Positions 57,374 to 64,000 of a stretch of DNA of 64,000 nucleotides are shown one piece after another. Position 1 is the first letter of the stretch. Each line of letters begins with the position of its first letter. Origin of the DNA: an uncultured Hormoscilla sp. (GTDB lineage: Bacteria > Cyanobacteriota > Cyanobacteriia > Cyanobacteriales > Desertifilaceae); the NCBI GenBank assembly GCA_963921275.4, contig OZ001293.3, forward strand, positions 3,456,001 through 3,520,000. The letters run 5' to 3'. The notes beneath the pieces were generated by a model that saw only the letters and a program-made list of their open reading frames with translations, was not told the origin of the DNA and did not search any database. A program made the position numbers and the translations under genes.

Positions 57374-58558
57374 ATGAAGTGCCCGAAGTCAACCTCCCTC
57401 ACAACATCGAGTCCCAGTCTGGCATCCCTGCGGTGCGATCGCGCCTGGGTTGAAATTGAATTAACTGCCTTAGCACATAATACGCGAAAAATCAAGCATA
57501 TTTTATCACCAGGGACAGATATAATGGCCGTAGTCAAGGCAGATGCCTACGGTCACGGGGCAGTGACCGTAGCCGAGACTGTGCTAGCAGCCGGTGCTAG
57601 CTGGCTGGGAGTAGCAACTATTCCAGAAGGAATAGAACTGCGAGAAGTAGGCATTAAGGCTCCAATTCTGATATTAGGGGCTGTCAACGCTCCTAAAGAA
57701 ATCCAGGCGATCGCCCATTGGCAACTGCAACCAACCCTGTGCAACCCCAAACAAGCCTTAGTATTTTCAGAGACTTTAGCAGCAGTAGGTAAAAGTATAC
57801 CCGTACATCTGAAACTGGATACAGGGATGTCCCGACTGGGGACAGCATGGCAGGAAGCAGCAGAGTTTGCCAGACTTGTAGAGCGATTGCCTCATTTAGA
57901 AATAGCGAGCGTGTATTCCCATCTGGCCACAGCTGACAGTCCAGATCCGAGGATAATGAACCAGCAGCATCAGCGGTTCCGCCAGGCGATCGGGCTGCTG
58001 CGTGCAGCTGGCATCACCCCACCCAAGCTACATATTGCCAACTCAGCTGCTACCTTAAATGACCCCAGCTTGCATTACGATCTGGTAAGAGTCGGTTTAG
58101 CACTGTATGGTTTACATCCAGCAGCCCATCTCCAACCAGTGCTCTCACTCAAACCAGTAATGCAAGTGAAAGCGCGAGTAACGCAAATAAAAGAGATTGC
58201 TACTGGAACCGGTGTCAGCTACGGTTATCAATATATCGCCCCACGGGATATGAAGCTAGCAGTAGTGGGTATTGGCTATGCAGACGGCGTCCCCCGTAAG
58301 CTATCTTCCAAGATGCAGGTTCTTATCCGAGGTAAGCTGGTACCGCAAGTGGGAGCAATTACAATGGATCAGCTGATGCTGGACGTGAGTGCTATTAATG
58401 ATTTACAGATAGGAGAAGTGGTCACCCTCTTAGGGCAAGATGAATATATAGAAATCTCAGCAGATGACTGGGCTACCATGCTGGGGACTATTTCCTGGGA
58501 AATTCTCTGTAGCTTTAGACATCGGCTACCCCGGGTCGCCCGAGTTAGCGTCAGCTAA
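57374..58558 (+). CDS. alr: Alanine racemase
   Basis: AVVKADAYGHG, HLKLDTGMSRLG, ANSAA, GYADG, MDQ. Confidence 0.97.
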   Translation: MKCPKSTSLTTSSPSLASLRCDRAWVEIELTALAHNTRKIKHILSPGTDIMAVVKADAYGHGAVTVAETVLAAGASWLGVATIPEGIELREVGIKAPILILGAVNAPKEIQAIAHWQLQPTLCNPKQALVFSETLAAVGKSIPVHLKLDTGMSRLGTAWQEAAEFARLVERLPHLEIASVYSHLATADSPDPRIMNQQHQRFRQAIGLLRAAGITPPKLHIANSAATLNDPSLHYDLVRVGLALYGLHPAAHLQPVLSLKPVMQVKARVTQIKEIATGTGVSYGYQYIAPRDMKLAVVGIGYADGVPRKLSSKMQVLIRGKLVPQVGAITMDQLMLDVSAINDLQIGEVVTLLGQDEYIEISADDWATMLGTISWEILCSFRHRLPRVARVSVS

Positions 58559-58589
58559 AATGAGACCAGCAGGATGGCACTGCACTGCT

Positions 58590-59744
58590 ATGACTTATAT
58601 TAATCCGACATTGATAAACGAAGTCAGAGGTTTAAGACTGACTAGCGAGGAGAAACAGTACATTCTCAGTAAAATGCATCCGGCAGCCCCAGACGGTTAC
58701 AGATATGCTGATGCCGTGTTTGAAGGGGGGGCATAAAAGGCATTGCCCTGTTAGGGGTAATGCGCTGCTGCGACGATCTAGGTCTGCGCTGGCGGAAGCT
58801 AGCAGGCAGTTCTTCCGGTTCCCTCACCGCCGCCCTGCTAGCAGCCAACTTTGCCATCGATCGGCTAGAACAGGAACTGGGTGAGTTGGACTACATGCAG
58901 TTCCTCTCTCAGAAAACTAGCCCCCTGATTTTCTGTGGCGATCCACGAGATGACATGAAGTTTCCTTTCTGGATGCTGTTTTTCCTCTTAGTGACCAGAA
59001 GTTTGGGACAATATTCCTCAGAACCCTTGCACTCTTGGGTAGCCTCAACCCTGAAGTCCCGTAAGATAAAAACCTTTCGTGACCTGGAAAAGGGCGAGAG
59101 ACAACTCAAGGTAGTAGCTTCCGATATCAGTCGGCGGGAGATGCTGCTGTTACCCGACGACCTCAACCCCGCAGCGCCCAACTTGGAGAACCAACAGCGG
59201 ACTGTTCGGGAAAAGATCCTCAGATCTTACTGCCTGGAAAGTTATCTTGACTATCGCTGAAGCAGTGCGACTGTCACTGAGCATACCTCTGTTCTTTGAG
59301 CCGGGAAGACTCGGTGACTACATGATTCTGGATGGAGGGCTATTGAGTAATTTCCCCTTATGGATATATGATGTCCAGCCACAGTCCGGTCAACCGGCAC
59401 GTTTCCCCCGCTGGCCGACCTTTGGTTTCCGCTTACTGGACAATTCAACTGGACGACAATCCCAGATTAAGGGGGTGTTTGACATTTTTTCCGCCTCCTT
59501 GAGAACTATGGCCGAAGCGAGAGACAGATATCACCTGCGAGAGATCGATCGGGGCCGGACGATCGAGATAGATGTCACCAATGCTGGGGTGACCACCACC
59601 CAGTTCAACGTTAAGCCGGCGGAAAAAGCCACACTCTACCGACTGGGATACGAGTGCACGAAAAAATTTTTTCTCTCCGATTGGAATTGGTCAGAACACT
59701 TGATACAGCGTGGTTTCAGCCGTCCGATCGCCCAGGTGGCGTAG
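58590..59744 (+). pseudogene. Patatin-like phospholipase, two frameshifts
   Basis: VFEGG|KGIA, AGSSSG, SLSIPLFF and DGGLLSNFP in three frames. Confidence 0.8.
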
Positions 59745-59827
59745 CCATGGGAAAAAATTTTTAGTGAAGACCTGCCCAATTTACGATCTCGGAGCTAGAA
59801 TCTGTTATAGTAGTAATCGATAGACCT

Positions 59828-59917
59828 GGAGAGGTGGCTGAGTGGTCGAAAGCGGCAGATTGCTAATCTGTTGACGGAACTAGATTCCGTCCGAGGGTTC
59901 AAATCCCTCTCTCTCCG
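59828..59917 (+). tRNA. trnS: tRNA-Ser (GCT)
   Basis: GGAGAGGTGGCTGAGTGGTCGAAAGCGGCAGATTGCTAATCTG, a long variable arm, then GGTTCAAATCCCTCTCTCTCCG. Confidence 0.96.
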
Positions 59918-60255
59918 TTCAATCCTAGGCAAACTCTGGTCAGGGCGATCACATTTGCCACCGGCAGGCGATCGCCCTGATTTGAGATGCTGTGCTCAAG
60001 ACATACTTCACAAAATTACAAGGGTGCCCTGTAAAATTGTATGATACCAAATCAGATTAATTATCCATGTTGAGGCGGAGAGCTGATACAAGCATGGGCA
60101 GAGGCAACGAACAGCTGCGATACTTGTTAGAGGGCGCGAGTGACTTATTTGGGATTATCGATCTCGATGGAAAACTGCTCTATGCCAATCAGGTATGGCG
60201 AGAGGTTCTAGGCTATAGTGAAGCAGAACTGTCGGGGATTTGCTTTTTTGACCTA

Positions 60256-62344
60256 GTGCTATGACCATTGGTAGTGATAAACATGTAATGATGGCACAAC
60301 TAACCCGACAAGCATTTGTTGTAATCATGCACAAAATACCAAATCGCGTGATTTTCTTCTTAGAGAATGATAATGTTTTCCGAACCAAGCGACTAATTCT
60401 TTGCCTCGTTGTTTAACCTTTCAATATGATTAGTTTTTCCAGTTTCTTTACCTACCGCAATAGTAACGCTTTTTCGGTATTGTTATATGCTTCCCAAAAA
60501 GTAAAAAACCTCGTCGATAAACAGGAAGTAAATATTTTCACAATTTTTTTGCAGAGACTGCGATCGCCCAACTCCTACAATTGTTTTTGTATCAAGTGCC
60601 AATGTTTGTTTTCTTTATTCCCAAGACCACATTTCATCACAAGTCAATTTTCCTTTGGGCTTGTCTGAAACCTTTAGATCACGGCAGATTTTTTATTAAC
60701 GTTTGTGAAACCTTTACTCGACGCGCAATACCTGCCTATTCTTTCAAGTAATAGCTCATCTATATTCTTTTTCTTTTCGGACGATACCGGCTGTCGGGTT
60801 TTTAATTTATTGCCGATTTTTTACATATTTTTGCTTTTTATTATGAGTACTACCATTTTTTACTGTTCGCTCACAATTACAATAAGGGCAATTGGGTCGC
60901 GACGATGATGATGTGTTCATAAGTCTATACTCGCTTTTGACTAATAACATAAGAGCATTTTTCTGATGAGCTATACATGAGAATATTTTATCATTGCTAT
61001 CAATTTGGCTAAGATAAAGAGCTGTTATATCATTCCTAAGAAAAGTAAGGATTAATACAGGGATGGAATGTTCTATCACTACATATTTTACCAATACCTG
61101 ACCATTTTTATTTGACGGATAGACATAAAATAGATAATATAGAGATTTGCCCCTCAAATGACTTGCCAGTCCCATGCCAAAAAAGAAGTACATCGTCACG
61201 CTCACTCCGTCGGAGCGTGACGCATTGTCCCAACTGACTCGTTCAGGTAAAGCAGCTGCCTATAAAGTTAATCATGCTCGGATCGCGGTTGTTAGCAGAT
61301 ATCAACCAAGACAACGGCGGTTGGACTGATTGCCAGATTAGCGAAGCCCTAGATATCAGTCAGGCCACCATTGAGCGGGTACGGCTTCGTGGAAGAAGGT
61401 GTGGAAGCCGCATTAAATCGCCAACCTCGTAGTCAGAACAAAAAGCGTCGCTTGGATGGAGAAAAAGAAGCTCACCTCCGGAGCTTTGGCCTGTTCATCT
61501 CCCCAGAGGGTCATGCAGGCTGGACTATAAGATTGTTAGCCGATAAACTGGTGGAATTAGAGTTAGTTGAATCTATTTCCCCTGAGACAGTGCGACAGAC
61601 ATTAAAAAAAAACGCTCTTAAGCCTTGGCTCAATAAGTCATGGGTGATTCCACCAGAAGTAAATGCGGAGTTTGTTTGTCAGATGGAGATGTGCTTGATG
61701 TCTACACTCGTCCCTACGACCCTGACTATCCTGTAATTTGCGGGAGATGAAACAACTAAGCAATTAGTTTTTGAAATCAAACAGCCTCTGCCACCAGACA
61801 AGAGCCAATATAACCGAAAAACTCCTGGTCAGATAGAGCGATATGACTAGGAGTACAAACGTGAAGGTGTTTGCAATTTGTTCATGGTTTTTGAGCCTTT
61901 TGCGGGTCAAGGTCATGTTACGGTTACAGACCAACGTACAGCTATTGCGGCCCGCCCATATTATGCAGAATGTAGTAGATGTTTTCTATCCTGATGCTGT
62001 CAAAATTATTGTTATTCAAGATAACCTTAACACTCATACGCCCGCTTCTCTTTACAAGGCTTTTAAGCCAGCTGAAGCTAAACGCATTCTGGAAAAGTTA
62101 GAGTTTCACTATACCCCCAAGCATGGCAGTTGGCTGAATATGGCTGAAATTGAGTGAGCGTGTTTTAGCGAGGCAATGCTTAGATTGTCGAATTCCAGCC
62201 TCTGAAAACTTTACTTCAAGAGGTGGCCGCTTTTCAACAGCGCCGCAATCAGGATTCTGGTCCTGTTAACTGGCGTTTCACCACTGAAGATGCTCGGATC
62301 TTACTGTTACGGCTCTATCCATCAATATAAAGTGGTCAAAGCAC
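60256..62344 (+). mobile_element. IS630-family element, degraded transposase
   Basis: Ends TA-GTGCTATGACCA / TGGTCAAAGCAC-TA. WTIRLLA, QDNLNTH and TPKHGSWLNMAEIE motifs. Confidence 0.9.
60270..61098 (-). mobile_element. Degenerate IS1-family element inserted in the IS630 left TIR
   Basis: Near-identical to 55270-56083, with 8-bp TSD TGACCATT. Confidence 0.88.
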
Positions 62345-62457
62345 TAGTGCATTGGGAAAGTCGCCCAGGTTTCCTCGAAGCATTCCAGTCTGTGCAAGCT
62401 AGCGATGGGGGTCATCACCTGGAACTGACCCTGATGGCCTCCGATGGGAAGCAGATT

Positions 62458-63359
62458 GTGCGATTCGTTCTAGTCTAACGTGGTCAAACACGGAACGCTA
62501 GCCTAAGAAATTAGGAACTCTGGTAATCATGGGGGTTGAATTCCCCTTCCCCAGGTACGGGGGTAACACCGGTCCTCAGTGCTGCGGAGTTACATCGCCG
62601 TGGTGTGGAGCGAGGACTTAAATGTAGGATAATTGGCAGCCTAAGCCGGTGATGCCACTAGGAAAGATGCTAATGGTTAGAACAGGCGAACCTATGTAAG
62701 CCTCGTTATCTCAAACCAGCGGAATAAGGCTTATACGCTGGCCCAAAAGGGAAATGGTAGTTAGTACTAGTTGTATTTTGTGGCTAATAACGTACTCGAA
62801 GAACTCCCGGGGTAAAGTAGGGGCCTAAAAGCATCGTGAAATGATACCAGGGAACGAAGTAACCTCTCGTGAGCTGTCCCCATTTGGACAAGTAAGATGT
62901 AAAGCGTAAGCCACGAAGAGGAGGGATGTCCTAAGAAGCCAACGCCCGGGGTAATACCTGTGGATATGCAGACGTAGGACGGATATGGTAAGAAGTCTTT
63001 GGGAAAAGTAGCCTTAATGTCGCAAAACTAGGGAGAAATTCCAAATAGTAGGAATGTTGGATTAAAATCTTAGCCAGGTAAAGTTCAGAGCCCCTACGAA
63101 GAGCGGAAAGCAGAATGGGGAAGATGTTAGTAAAGAGCAGTAAGTATGGTTTGCTGAACTATCCTCCGCGAACCTTCCGCAGCTCAGTACTTAAACGGTC
63201 CAATAGGATTGACCATAAGGGGTAAGGGACAACGGGGGTAACCCCCAGTAATCCTACTGATGACAACAGCTTACCAACCAGTAGCCGTGTGCGATGAAAG
63301 TCGCATGCACGGTTTCGCTCTTGGAGGGTTGGGGAGTGATTCCCAGCTCAACCCCGACC
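62458..63359 (+). ncRNA. ORF-less group II intron (902 nt), intact DV/DVI
   Basis: GTGCG start, DV AGCCGTGTGCGATGAAAGTCGCATGCACGGTT, end ACCCCGACC. EBS1 ATTTTG (62775-62780) faces exon CAGATT. Confidence 0.92.
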
Positions 63360-64000
63360 TTAGTAGAAGGAAGGTTAAGTTATCAAGTCCAAGCTGGTTG
63401 TGAACCAGAAATCTGGAGTCTCTGGCGCAACAATAGCGATCGCGATCGGACAAAAGACGGAGTTGCCAATGAGTCGGATGGTAACCGGTCACATCTTTAC
63501 GAAAGCGTATATCGCTCACAGCCTTTCCAGCAGATGATGTGGTCCCAGAGATTTTTGCATAATATCCTCAATGCCATTGCTGACCCAATTTTTGTCAAAG
63601 ACTCTCAACATCGGTTTGTGATTGTCAACAATGCCTTGTGTCGGTTTTTGGGGTACAGCAGGGAGGAACTAATTGGCCGGAGGATTATGAATTATTCCCC
63701 AAAGAGGAAGCGGATGTATTCTGGTCCAAAGATGAACTGGTTTTTACCACAGGCAGGGAAAACGAAAATGAGGAATCATTGACTGACGCTGAAAGTCAGA
63801 TTCATGTAATTTCTACGAAAAAATCTCTGTTTGATGATGGGGCGGGGAATAAAATGTTGGTGGCGGTAATCAGAGACCTAACCTTACGCCACCAGGCAGA
63901 AGAGGCGTTACGGAAAAGTGAGGCCCGCTATCGGTTGCTGGCAGAAAACTCAACGGACATGATTTCCAGACACTCGCCAGATATGAAATTTTTGTATGTT

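Larger units (their letters stand above)
60067..64000 (+). pseudogene. Multi-PAS sensor gene interrupted by IS630 (with nested IS1) and a group II intron; runs off the window end
   Basis: Joins FFDL|VHWES and [18 protein letters not shown] and [19 protein letters not shown] motifs. Additional frameshift near 63680. Confidence 0.8.

Overview
Cyanobacterial chromosome segment (the HIP1 octamer GCGATCGC is abundant) with strong genome erosion. Housekeeping genes look intact: uvrC, ndhM, leuD, ppa, recN, gltX, alr, an ABC1 kinase, a CyaB-like adenylate cyclase, tRNA-Asp and tRNA-Ser. Most signalling and accessory genes are broken by frameshifts or insertions: GGDEF, CHAT, CHASE2 cyclase, BON/OmpA, an ntcB-like LysR, a hybrid histidine kinase, a PAS sensor, patatin and MscS. 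Mobile DNA includes five IS5, two IS982, ISKra4, IS1634, two IS1, IS630, IS701 and ISL3 remnants, and several MITEs. Most notable observations: (i) five ORF-less group II introns (871-936 nt) whose EBS1/EBS2 hexamers co-vary with each insertion site, and whose host reading frames are restored only if the intron ends in a non-canonical CC; (ii) at least three families of 24-44 nt mobile elements, one inserted five times after CCGA in a single transposase gene; (iii) a BON/OmpA + Rab-like GTPase + diguanylate cyclase cluster; (iv) repeated signatures of quasi-palindrome template switching. All calls come from reading the sequence by eye; no database searches were run.
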